From Spirochaetia bacterium (GTDB lineage Bacteria > Spirochaetota > Spirochaetia > SZUA-6 > Bin103): a stretch of DNA of 64,000 bases. Below are positions 54,491 to 63,036 of the stretch, one piece after another (the stretch's first letter is position 1; each line of letters opens with the position of its first letter). Made by a program: the position numbers and the translations under genes. The DNA is taken from the NCBI GenBank assembly GCA_965203515.1, contig OZ241907.1, forward strand, positions 480,001 through 544,000, in the 5' to 3' direction. Below the pieces are notes generated by a model, which saw only the letters and a program-made list of their open reading frames with translations, was not told the origin of the DNA and did not search any database.

Positions 54491-54844
54491 TCAGGCGATT
54501 TCGGCGTAGCTCAACTCCTCGTGTCGGTTCCAGAAATCGATCCCTGCCAACAGCATCCGCAGCTGCTCGGCGTCGATCTCTCGCCGCGCCTCGGCCGCCG
54601 TTCGCGGCCACGGAAAGCTGCCCTGCTCCAACCGCTTCATCCACAGACAGAACCCCGTCCGATCCCAGTACACCGCCTTCAGCAGTCGCCGCTGCCCGTT
54701 GCAGAACACGAACAACGACGCCTCGAACGGACTCAACCGCATCTGCTCCTGCACCAGCAGCACCAGCCCGTTGATCTGCTTGCGCAGGTCGGTCGCACCA
54801 GGCCGCACGTAGATGCGCGCCGCCTCCAACTCCAGCCGGATCAC
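54491..54844 (-). CDS. tnpB: IS66 accessory protein TnpB
   Basis: 'TDLRKQINGL', 'LFVFCN', 'WDRTGFCLWMKRLEQGSFPWP'. Confidence 0.95.
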   Translation of the reverse strand: MIRLELEAARIYVRPGATDLRKQINGLVLLVQEQMRLSPFEASLFVFCNGQRRLLKAVYWDRTGFCLWMKRLEQGSFPWPRTAAEARREIDAEQLRMLLAGIDFWNRHEELSYAEIA

Positions 54845-55155
54845 TTCAGCGCCTCCAGCGCCGCCAGCACCTCGCGCAGATGCTCAGCGCGGACCGACGG
54901 CCACAGCCGCAGCACGTACCGCTCGCCGACCAGCAACTCCATCGTCGCGTGCTGCTCGGCGTCCTTGGCCCCGCCGGCCGCCCGCGCCAACTCGACCAGC
55001 GGCTGACGCCGGTCGGCCGTCTCCGGCAGCTTGCCGTCCCAGTTGCGCAGCGACCAGTAGGACAGACCATGCTGCTCGCAATACGCCTTCTTCGTGAGCC
55101 CACTGCGTCGCCACGCTGCCACGTGCCGGCTCCAATACTCTCGTCCCTGTCTCAT
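54841..55155 (-). CDS. tnpA: IS66 accessory protein TnpA
   Basis: 'WSRHVAAWRRSGLTKKAYCEQHGLSYWSLRNW'. GGAGG RBS. Confidence 0.9.
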   Translation of the reverse strand: MRQGREYWSRHVAAWRRSGLTKKAYCEQHGLSYWSLRNWDGKLPETADRRQPLVELARAAGGAKDAEQHATMELLVGERYVLRLWPSVRAEHLREVLAALEALK

Positions 55156-55236
55156 CGTTCGTCCCTCCTGCCAGGGACGATGTACCTCTATATATCCCCT
55201 TGTAAGGTGGGGTTCACCGGACGCTTACCGACTCGT

Positions 55237-55868
55237 TCGACTTCACCGTCGTGCCGCTGCTGTCCAAGGCGCACGTGACCGCACTCTGCGCCGGCGACCG
55301 CTGGCTCGACGAAGGCGCCAACCTGCTGCTCATCGGACCGCCCGGCACCGGCAAGAGCCATCTGGCAGCCGCCATCGGCTTGGCGCTCATCGAGCACGGC
55401 TTCCGGGTGCTGTTCACCCGCACCACCGACCTCACTCAACGGCTGCAGCGCGCGTGCCGCGACCTGACCCTGGAGGCAGCCATCGCCAAGCTCGACAAGT
55501 ACCACCTGCTGATCCTCGATGACTTCGCCTACGTCACCAAGGATCAGGCCGAGACCAGCGTGCTGTTCGAGTTGATCATCGCCCGCTACGAGCAGCGCTC
55601 GCTGCTGCTCACCGCCAATCAGCCGTTCGGCCAGTGGGACTCGATCTTCCCCGACCCCACCATGACCCTGGCGGCCGTCGACCGGCTGGTGCATCACGCG
55701 ACCATCTTCGAACTCAACGTCGAAAGCTACCGCCGCCGCACCGCCGTGCAGCGCCGCGCGGCTGCCCAGCCGGCCGCCGGTACCGACCCGGCCGCCGCCA
55801 GTGACACTCCGGCGGCCGCTCAGGGCTCCCAGGATCCAGGATCGGCCGGTCAGCCGCCCGTTACGTAA
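55237..55868 (+). pseudogene. istB: IstB 3' part
   Basis: 'FDF…GPPGTGKSH…LILDDFAY…AAVDRLVHHA…ESYR'. Joined to 52479-52722 it gives an intact 876-bp frame. Confidence 0.92.
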
Positions 55869-55883
55869 CGGTGCGCACTAGCT

Positions 55884-56171
55884 ATGGCGTTGAGCAACGC
55901 GGCACGACAACGCCGCTACCGCGCGCGCCGCAACGCCGCGCCCCGCCGGGTGCAGTTCCGCAGGCCGCACGACCGCCGGTCGCGCCCGCAACGCTGGCAG
56001 GATGCGGTGCGCACCCTGCGCGACCTTCAGGACGAGTACCAGGCGTGGCTCGACCACTTGCCCGACCCGCTCCGGGAGTCTGCGGTCGCCGTCAAGCTGG
56101 AGGCGATCTGCGACCTTGATCTTGCTGACCTGGAGAGCATCGAGCCGCCGCTCGGCTACGGCCGCGACTGA
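55884..56171 (+). CDS. Small third ORF inside IS21, hypothetical
   Basis: MALSNAARQRRYR…RSRPQRWQDAV…YQAWLDHLP…PPLGYGRD, lying between istB and the right IR. Confidence 0.65.
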   Translation: MALSNAARQRRYRARRNAAPRRVQFRRPHDRRSRPQRWQDAVRTLRDLQDEYQAWLDHLPDPLRESAVAVKLEAICDLDLADLESIEPPLGYGRD

Positions 56172-56419
56172 CACCCCGGGTACTACCTCACGCCTGATCC
56201 GGTCCGCCGCCCACCACGCGCCAAGCCGTTTGCGAACGCCATCACGCCTCCCGACCGGCGCCGATCTGACCGTTGCTCGGGACCTCGACGGGGCGCCTCC
56301 CGCCGCCGCTTCCCGTGCTTGCCAACCCACGTCCCCTTGTGGCAACGTCCCGGCCGTTGCGACACCGGTTTTTCTCATCTTGATTGTCGCTCGGTTCTCA
56401 TCCTGATTGTCGCGCTACA

Positions 56420-56644
56420 CCAGATGTCGGCATCGACGCCGAGCACCCTCTCGAACTGGACGGCGGTCCTTGGCTCGATCGGAGCCTTCCCGGCGATGAT
56501 CTCGCTGATGAGCTGCGCGGACCGGCCGCACCGACGTGCGAACTCGGCTTGAGAGATGCCGTGCGCCTCCAGCCGTTCCTCCAATACCAGCCCGGGCGGA
56601 ACCGCATAGTCGGGCCGGTACTCATTCATCGCTGCTGTCGCCAT
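56420..56644 (-). pseudogene. higA: higA-family antitoxin, 5' part (HTH), interrupted by IS21
   Basis: AGGAGGAGG RBS, 'YRPDYAVPPGLVLEERLEAHGISQAEFARRCG…ISEIIAGKAPI…ERVLG'. Confidence 0.88.
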
Positions 56645-56660
56645 GTCCTCCTCCTGATCT

Positions 56661-56684
56661 TCAATGATAGTCGGTCACTTCGCG
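56661..56684 (-). pseudogene. Last codons of a higB-like toxin gene
   Basis: 'REVTDYH*' immediately upstream of the higA RBS. HigB killer proteins typically end in DYH. Confidence 0.55.
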
Positions 56685-56695
56685 CACGCTGCCGG

Positions 56696-57334
56696 CGAAG
56701 CGCCGCGTTCTTCGTCTTCGGCGCCGAAGTTGTGTCGCCCGCCGGCGTAGCTGCCGTGTCCGGGCGGTCCGGGACGCGGTCCGCCTACAGCGGCGCAGCA
56801 GCCCCGTCTCCCGGCTGCGCCGCCGCCTGAGCCGATACCTTCGCCGCCGAAGTCTGCTCGGCGCCTGCGGCATGGGCAGTGGGTGGCGTGGCGGTCCGGA
56901 TCGCCGGAGATGCTGGCCGAAGTCGATGGACTGCTGCGCAAACGATCCGCTCCATGCGTGGGCGCGCAGGGACTTTGCGCCGATCGCCGCCGCGATTGAT
57001 GCTATGCTGCTGAAGCACGGATGGCTGAAGACACCGACACCGACTATTCAGGAAGACACGTGAGGCGGCCGAATTTCCCGACCGAGCCGCCCGACGAGGC
57101 CAGGTGGAAGGATCTGCGGGTAACAGTGCTGGACGATGGCACGGAAGTGATGCATTTCAACGGCGCCTGGTATCGGGTCGGCCCCAAAGGACTCACCGAC
57201 GAGCGCATCGACGTGGACCCGTACGCCGACGACAGCCGCGAGTACGATGGAGGGGACGATGATGAGCAAGGCTGAGCTTCCCTGGTCCGCTCCAGCAGGC
57301 GGTCGTCTGAGAGGGCGGAAACGGCGGAAGTCAT
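56696..57334 (-). pseudogene. Collapsed second copy of the DUF222/HNH gene carrying unrelated DNA
   Basis: 57281-57334 (MTSAVSALSDDRLLERTRE) matches 50411-50468. 56696-56868 matches the repeat linker 49428-49700. About 400 bp of unrelated sequence lies between them. Confidence 0.8.
57060..57275 (+). CDS. Small acidic hypothetical protein (possibly phage-like)
   Basis: AGGA RBS then GTG overlapping the previous frame's TGA. VRRPNFPTEPP…VMHFNGAWYRVG…DDDEQG. Confidence 0.4.
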   Translation: MRRPNFPTEPPDEARWKDLRVTVLDDGTEVMHFNGAWYRVGPKGLTDERIDVDPYADDSREYDGGDDDEQG

Positions 57335-57349
57335 GGTAGCGTGGGTTCT

Positions 57350-58744
57350 ATGCAGAAGATTCTGTTCCTTGACGACTGGTGCCTGGAGTCGGCGCGCAAC
57401 GTCGTGCGGCGGCCGGGCCGGCCGAGGCCGGTCCCCGAGGGCACGTTCTCCGATCCGTTCGATCTGGGCAACGCCTATCCGTCGGTCTTCTTCGATGAGC
57501 AACGCGACCGCTGGCGGGTGATCTACGGCGGCCAGCCGGACCCGGACAACCACATCTGCAACGCCCTGTTCGGGGCGATCGGCGAAGACGGGGTCGACTG
57601 GGAGATCGACCGGGTCGGGAACGATCACACCTCCTGGTCGGGCGCCTTCCCGCACTGCCTGACGGAGGGGAGGAGGAACGCGGAGAGCGGCCACGTCTAC
57701 CAGGATCCGCGCGACTCCCGACATCCGTACAAGCTCCTCTACCTGGACTGGGACTGGCGCAGCGGGCCGGCGACGATGCGCAACCCGGTGGTGGTCTCGG
57801 CCGACGGCTACCGGTGGCTCGACCTGCCGGGCGCGCGCTGGGGCGACTGGTCCAGCGATACCTGCCACACGATCTTCTTCAACAAGCTCACCGGCCGGCA
57901 CCAGGTGATGTGCCGCGCCAAGGACGTCAAGCCGCCGTTCAGCCAGCGGCTGGTGGCGACCATGGAGACCGAGGACTGGCTCCATTTCAGCGAGCCGGAG
58001 ACGATCGTCCGCCCCGATTCCTGCGATCCGCCGCTCGCGCAGCCGTACGGCATGCCGACGTTCGCGTATGGCGATTACTTCATCGGCTTCCTGTGGCTCC
58101 TGCACGGCGACCCGGGCGAGACGACCACCAAGGGGGCCGGGCCGGTGTCCAACCACCTCGTCTACAGCATCAACGGCCGCAACGTCAACCGTACCGTCCG
58201 CGACCAGTTCATCGCCCCGGCGGAGCCGGGCGAGTTGGGCGGATACGGCTTCTATCCCTGCAGCCTGGTGCAACTGCCGGACGAGCTGCGCATCTATTCC
58301 ACGGGCAGCCGCACCGACCACGGCGGCCGCGGAACGATTCCCGCGGGTCAGCACCGCATCGCGATGACCCTGCACACGCTGCGGCCCGACGGCTTCATGT
58401 ACCTGGAGAGCCGTTCCGGCGGCGCGAGCGTGATGACCAAGGGATTCGAGCTTACCGAGGGCAGTCTGGCGCTCAACGTGGAGGCGCCGATCGGCGAGGT
58501 GCGGGCGCAGGTCTACGTGCAGACCGACGTGCTGCCGGGCGATCCGCCGCCGGTCCAGCAGGTAGCCGAGGGATTCTCGGCCCGGGAGTGCCGGCCGTTC
58601 AGCGGCGACGACCTGCGCTGGTCGCCGACCTGGACCAGCGGCCGAACGCTGGACGAGCTGATCGGCCGTACCGTGCGGGTCGAGATTCTGTTCGAGCGCG
58701 CCCGTCTGTACGCGCTCGAGGTGGGCGGCATCCTGCTGCGATGA
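57350..58744 (+). CDS. Glycoside hydrolase-like beta-propeller protein (paralog of 183-1772)
   Basis: 'LFLDD', 'EDGVDW', 'SADGYRW', 'ETEDWLHF', 'LRPDGFMYL', 'GFSARECRPFSGDDL…W'. Confidence 0.7.
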   Translation: MQKILFLDDWCLESARNVVRRPGRPRPVPEGTFSDPFDLGNAYPSVFFDEQRDRWRVIYGGQPDPDNHICNALFGAIGEDGVDWEIDRVGNDHTSWSGAFPHCLTEGRRNAESGHVYQDPRDSRHPYKLLYLDWDWRSGPATMRNPVVVSADGYRWLDLPGARWGDWSSDTCHTIFFNKLTGRHQVMCRAKDVKPPFSQRLVATMETEDWLHFSEPETIVRPDSCDPPLAQPYGMPTFAYGDYFIGFLWLLHGDPGETTTKGAGPVSNHLVYSINGRNVNRTVRDQFIAPAEPGELGGYGFYPCSLVQLPDELRIYSTGSRTDHGGRGTIPAGQHRIAMTLHTLRPDGFMYLESRSGGASVMTKGFELTEGSLALNVEAPIGEVRAQVYVQTDVLPGDPPPVQQVAEGFSARECRPFSGDDLRWSPTWTSGRTLDELIGRTVRVEILFERARLYALEVGGILLR

Positions 58745-58809
58745 CCGATCGATCGGCTGCTGAGTCGAGCCGAGGCCCGCAACTCGAACGGGTCCGCGCC
58801 GCAGCGCGG

Positions 58810-59937
58810 TCAGCGGTACCGAACGAGATAGGCGGCGAGCAGGGGATCGGCGATTCGATAGCCGCCCGCCACCAGCTCGATTACGCCTTGATTCCACAGC
58901 CGTCTGAAGGAGAGGGCCACCGTCCGGCTGGAGAGTCCCACGCCGCCGAGAAACCGCTTGGACTGAGGATGCTCGACCGTGCCGCGGCGCGCGATCTCGG
59001 TCAACACGGTCTCGTCGGTGCCGGAGAACGCCGACAGATAGGACGCATGGCGCCCTTCGCGGTTCTCCAGGAGCTTCAGCAAGGCTGACCGAACGTGCTC
59101 AGGGCCGATTTCGGTGCGCTCATGCAGTTCCATGATTTGGGCGCACAGGCGGTTGATCGCCTCGGGCACCCGTTGCATGTCGTCCTGAAGACCTCTCGAA
59201 ACTTCGCGCGCGATCGCCAGGCGACGCTGGCTGAACCGCTCCTCGATATAGGCGTGATAGTCGTCGTACGGTATCGACCGGAACTCCAGGTCGGTCCCCC
59301 AGCCGGCCAACGGAGCACCCGGCGCCGCGAACAGCTCCGCGAGCATGTGCCGCTTGGAGCCGAGGAGCAACACCGGCACGTCGCCCAGCGCCTCCAGGCA
59401 GGTGCGAAGCTGCGCGGGCGCTTCCTCCACCAGGGCCACGTCCTGGAATTCGTCCAGGACGACCAGCGAGTCGATCTCCTCGGTGATCCGGGCGATGCGC
59501 TCCCAGAGCGTCTGCAGCGCGAGGGGCGAATCGGCGGCGTCGGGATGGAGGGAGACGCTGGGACTTCCCGTCTGCGGATCCAGCGAGATCTCGGGCCGCA
59601 GCGACCCCAGGAATCGGCCCGCGCTCTCCAGCAGACCCTTGACCGGGAAGGAAGCGGCAAAGCACCGCTGCAGACCGGCGGCCAGCCGTTGGGTGAGCGA
59701 GCGCATGGAGCGAACTCCCAGCAGGTCCGCGAAATAGACGAAGTGGCGCCGGCGCCCGCCCTGAAACTCCTCGATCGTGACATTGCGGACGACCGAGGTC
59801 TTTCCGTAGTTCCGCGGACCGTACACCACCACGCGGGATGCGCTCCGCACCGCAGCCCGGAGCAGGCGCTGCTCACGCTCGAGATTGCAGATGTTGTCCC
59901 GGTCGACGAGCCGATCGAACACGAACTGCTTCACCAT
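58810..59937 (-). CDS. AAA+ ATP-binding protein (archaeal-ATPase-like) with C-terminal winged helix
   Basis: 'REQRLL', Walker A GPRNYGKT, Walker B LVVLDEFQ, C-terminal 'GVIELVAGGYRIADP'. Confidence 0.85.
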   Translation of the reverse strand: MVKQFVFDRLVDRDNICNLEREQRLLRAAVRSASRVVVYGPRNYGKTSVVRNVTIEEFQGGRRRHFVYFADLLGVRSMRSLTQRLAAGLQRCFAASFPVKGLLESAGRFLGSLRPEISLDPQTGSPSVSLHPDAADSPLALQTLWERIARITEEIDSLVVLDEFQDVALVEEAPAQLRTCLEALGDVPVLLLGSKRHMLAELFAAPGAPLAGWGTDLEFRSIPYDDYHAYIEERFSQRRLAIAREVSRGLQDDMQRVPEAINRLCAQIMELHERTEIGPEHVRSALLKLLENREGRHASYLSAFSGTDETVLTEIARRGTVEHPQSKRFLGGVGLSSRTVALSFRRLWNQGVIELVAGGYRIADPLLAAYLVRYR

Positions 59938-59946
59938 ACCGATGTT

Positions 59947-59979
59947 ATGATACTATCAGTATCATACTGATGGTATCAT
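59947..59979. promoter_or_regulatory. Palindromic operator over the ATPase promoter
   Basis: ATGATACTATCAGTAT-C-ATACTGATGGTATCAT, 16-bp arms with one mismatch. Confidence 0.65.
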
Positions 59980-60053
59980 GGCGATGCCATCATATCATCG
60001 CTTGGGTGAGCGCGGGTCAGACCGCCAACCGGCAACGGCAAATCGGCAGCCTC

Positions 60054-61313
60054 TCAAGGGTTGCCGCCCGCAGCGCCCGGCGCCGTGCGCGAGCGGCCCC
60101 CGGCTGCCAGCAGGCAGATGATTGCCGCCGCGAAGACGACGGCGATGATGAGGAAGGCGGCCGAGAACGACCCGGTGCGGTCGTGGAGCCAGCCGGCCAG
60201 GACCGGCGCCGCGGCCATCGAGCCGGTCATGGCGACCTGCACCACGCCCTGAATGCTGCCGAACGCCTTCATGCCGAACGCCTCCTGGACGATCAGCACC
60301 AGCAGCGCGCCGAGTCCGCCGAACCCCAGCCCGAACACCAGGATGCCGCACCACATCGCCGGCACGGAGGCGGCCAGCGCCATGATGACCAGCCCCACGG
60401 TCTGCAGTCCCACCGACGCGACGCAGCAGAGCCGCGCGGTCCAGCGTTCGCTCAGCGCGCCGAAGCCGAGCTTGGAGCCGATCCCCATGGCGGCGATCAC
60501 CGCCAATCCGGTGGTCGCCAGTGCCGGCGTGAAGCCCTGCTCGGCGAAGTGCTGGCGAAGCTGGGTCAGCACCCCCTGATAGGTAAAGGTGGCGCCGAAC
60601 AGACCGCACAGAATCAGCCAGAAGTTCCGCTTGCGCAGCGCCTGCCGCAGGGTGACGCCGCTGCTCATCAGGCGGCGCGATGCCTGCGCCGCCGCGCCGC
60701 GGCGGGTGCGGCGCATCTCGTGCGCCACCAGCGCCGGGTCCTCGCGAATGATCACCAGCGCCGCCAGCGCCAGCAGGAGCAGCAGAACCCCGAAGGCCAG
60801 GTAGCCCCACTGCCAGCCGCCGACGGCTACCAGGGCGGCGGCCAGCGCCGGCATGGTGAGGCCGCCGGCGTTGTTGCCGGCGGTGACCGCTCCCATCACC
60901 CGCCCGCGGGCAGCGGGGAACCAGAGCCCTACCAGCTTGCCCGCCGGCAGCGTGGTGGCGCCCGGGAAGCCGGCGTAGACCAGGGCGCTGAACAGGTACC
61001 AGTGCCACAGCGAGGTGATCAGCGGGCGCAGCAGGAAACCGGCGGCGACCAGCAGCAGGGAGACCACCGCTACCGGCCGCGCCCCCCAACGGTCGAGCGC
61101 GCGGCCGGCGAAGGGCGCCACCAAGCCGGACACGACCGCCAGGGAGAGCGACAGATTGAGGGCGGTCTGGCTCCACCCGAACTGGTCGCGCAGCGGTCCT
61201 GCGAACTCGCCGAAGGCGTACTGGCTGGTGCCGATGGTGAGCCCGGTCGAGAGGAAGGCGACCACCGCGATCGGGTAACCGCGATACACGGGTTCGAAGC
61301 TCCGCGCGATCAT
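60054..61313 (-). CDS. MFS transporter
   Basis: About 12 TM helices, motif A 'GRALDRWGAR', 'GWLHDRTGSF'. Confidence 0.9.
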   Translation of the reverse strand: MIARSFEPVYRGYPIAVVAFLSTGLTIGTSQYAFGEFAGPLRDQFGWSQTALNLSLSLAVVSGLVAPFAGRALDRWGARPVAVVSLLLVAAGFLLRPLITSLWHWYLFSALVYAGFPGATTLPAGKLVGLWFPAARGRVMGAVTAGNNAGGLTMPALAAALVAVGGWQWGYLAFGVLLLLLALAALVIIREDPALVAHEMRRTRRGAAAQASRRLMSSGVTLRQALRKRNFWLILCGLFGATFTYQGVLTQLRQHFAEQGFTPALATTGLAVIAAMGIGSKLGFGALSERWTARLCCVASVGLQTVGLVIMALAASVPAMWCGILVFGLGFGGLGALLVLIVQEAFGMKAFGSIQGVVQVAMTGSMAAAPVLAGWLHDRTGSFSAAFLIIAVVFAAAIICLLAAGGRSRTAPGAAGGNP

Positions 61314-61472
61314 GCCGTCGGCTGCAGTTCGATGTCGTGGATGCGCTTCAGGGGCAGGGCGGTGATGGCGTCGGCGAGCGGATACTCACGGTCGCCGGGA
61401 TAGAGTACCCACAGGTGCGCCAGCCTCGACGACGGCGGCGAGCAGCCGGCGGCGTGGGATCGATTGTCGCAT
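61310..61472 (-). pseudogene. Collapsed AAA/DUF4143-type ATP-binding gene (only N- and C-termini left)
   Basis: MRQSIPRRRLLAAVVE joined out of frame to LAHLWVLYPGDREYPLADAITALPL…*. The stop overlaps the MFS ATG. Confidence 0.55.
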
Positions 61473-61578
61473 ATCGATCTTCGTCTATCAGATATTCAAC
61501 AATGATGGAAGCCTCGCCGGTGCCGTAGGCAGCCCGGCCCACGCTATCGTTCCTGGCGTCGCTATTTTCCTGGCGTCG

Positions 61579-63036
61579 CTATCGGCCTTGTCCCACGGAA
61601 CGGCCGGCGCCTTCGGGGTGGGGCAGCTCGGCGTGACGCGACAGCAGCCGTGCGAGCCGGGCGCCGACCGCCGGCTGGGGCGGGCAACTGCGGCGGGTCT
61701 CGAGATCGACGTGCAGCAGCAGATGCTCGCCGGTAGCGGCGAGTGCGCCGGCGCTCTTCTCCAGCCGGTGAAAGAGATGGAGCTTCTTGCCGGCGCCGCC
61801 CAGGAGCTGCGTCGTCACGCGGATCCGGTCGCCGCCGCGGACCTCGTCCAGATGCCGCAGGTGGCTCTCCACGGTGAAGTAGCTCCGGCCGGCGGCGACG
61901 TAGTCCGCGCCGGCGCCGATCAGTTCCATGGTCCGGTCGGTGGCCTGCGCGAAGACCTCCAGATAGTGCGACTCGTTCACGTGACCGTTGTAGTCGGTCC
62001 AGCTCCGCGGCACCTGCCGCGCGACCGTGACCGGCAGAGGGCCGTCCCCGGCTCCGACCTCGGCCCCGGCATCCGGCAGGCTCCGTTCATGGGCGGCGAC
62101 GGTCCTGCCGGCGCCGTGATCGTTGCGCTTCAGGGCGCGCAGGATGGCGACCAGGTTGTCGTCCCGGATGCGCTCCAGGCGCCGCACGTCGTGCGCCCCG
62201 GACTGCCGGTCGGACTGCTCGGCGATCCGGTCGATCAGGTCGCCGGTCAACTCCGGGACGTCGGTCAGCCGGCTCCAGCGCCACTGCAGCGCCGGCCCGA
62301 ACTGCGCGATGAAGTGCCTCATGCCGGCTTCGCCGCCGGCGATGCGGTAGGTCTCGAACAGACCCATCTGCGCCCAGCGCAGGCCGAAGCCGCAGCGGAT
62401 CGCTTCGTCGATCTCGGCCGTGGTGGCGATGCCGTCCCGCACCAGCCACAACGCTTCGCGCCACGCCGCTTCCAGCAGCCGGTCGGCGACGTGCGCGTCG
62501 ATCTCCTTGCGGATCGGCAGCGGCCGCATGCCGACCGCCTGCAGGAGCGCGACGGCGCGGTCGCGGATCGCCGGGTCGGTCGCCGCCGACGGCACCACCT
62601 CCACCAGCGGCAGGAGATAGACCGGATTGAACGGGTGGCAAACCAATATCTGCCCCGGACGCCGCGCGCCGCGCTGCAGGTCCGATGGCTTGAATCCCGA
62701 CGTGGACGAGGCGAGCACGGCGCTCTCCGGCGCATGCCGCTGGACCTCGCCCAGGACGGCGTCCTTCGCCTCCAGCCGTTCGGGCACGCTTTCCTGTATC
62801 CAGTCGGCGTCGGCGACCGCCGCGGCGACCGAATCGCACCAGGTCAGCGCGCCTTCGGCCGGCAGGGCGCGGTCGTACAGGGCGGGCAGGCTGCGCCGGG
62901 CGTTGTCCAGGACCGCGCTCACCTGCCGCCTGGCGTCGGGGCTCGGATCGAACACCGCCGCGTCCCAGCCGTTGAGCAGGAACCGCGCGGCCCAGCCGCT
63001 GCCGATCACGCCGCCGCCGATGATGGCGGCTCTCAT
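61579..63036 (-). CDS. lcdH: L-carnitine 3-dehydrogenase with C-terminal thioesterase domain
   Basis: 'GGGVIGSGWAARF', 'IQESVPE', 'SSTSG', 'HPFNPVYLLPLVE', 'GLRWAQMG'. Hotdog domain 'WTDYNGHVNE'. Confidence 0.88.
   Translation of the reverse strand: MRAAIIGGGVIGSGWAARFLLNGWDAAVFDPSPDARRQVSAVLDNARRSLPALYDRALPAEGALTWCDSVAAAVADADWIQESVPERLEAKDAVLGEVQRHAPESAVLASSTSGFKPSDLQRGARRPGQILVCHPFNPVYLLPLVEVVPSAATDPAIRDRAVALLQAVGMRPLPIRKEIDAHVADRLLEAAWREALWLVRDGIATTAEIDEAIRCGFGLRWAQMGLFETYRIAGGEAGMRHFIAQFGPALQWRWSRLTDVPELTGDLIDRIAEQSDRQSGAHDVRRLERIRDDNLVAILRALKRNDHGAGRTVAAHERSLPDAGAEVGAGDGPLPVTVARQVPRSWTDYNGHVNESHYLEVFAQATDRTMELIGAGADYVAAGRSYFTVESHLRHLDEVRGGDRIRVTTQLLGGAGKKLHLFHRLEKSAGALAATGEHLLLHVDLETRRSCPPQPAVGARLARLLSRHAELPHPEGAGRSVGQGR

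Larger units (their letters stand above)
52723..55228 (-). mobile_element. IS66-family insertion sequence, 2506 bp
   Basis: Terminal IRs GTAAGCGTCCGG(G/T)GAA(T/C)CCCACC, 8-bp TSD CGACTCGT (52715-52722 and 55229-55236), tnpA-tnpB-tnpC. Confidence 0.96.
50720..56419 (+). mobile_element. IS21-family insertion sequence (about 3.2 kb without the nested IS66)
   Basis: TG…CA ends with doubled internal repeats GCGACAATCAAGATGAGAA at both termini, 6-bp TSD CCAGAT (50714-50719 and 56420-56425), istA/istB. Confidence 0.95.

Noticed and set aside
54491..54844. IS66 TnpB as an RNA-guided TnpB nuclease
   Set aside because: Only the name is shared. This is the 117-aa IS66 accessory protein with no RuvC motifs.
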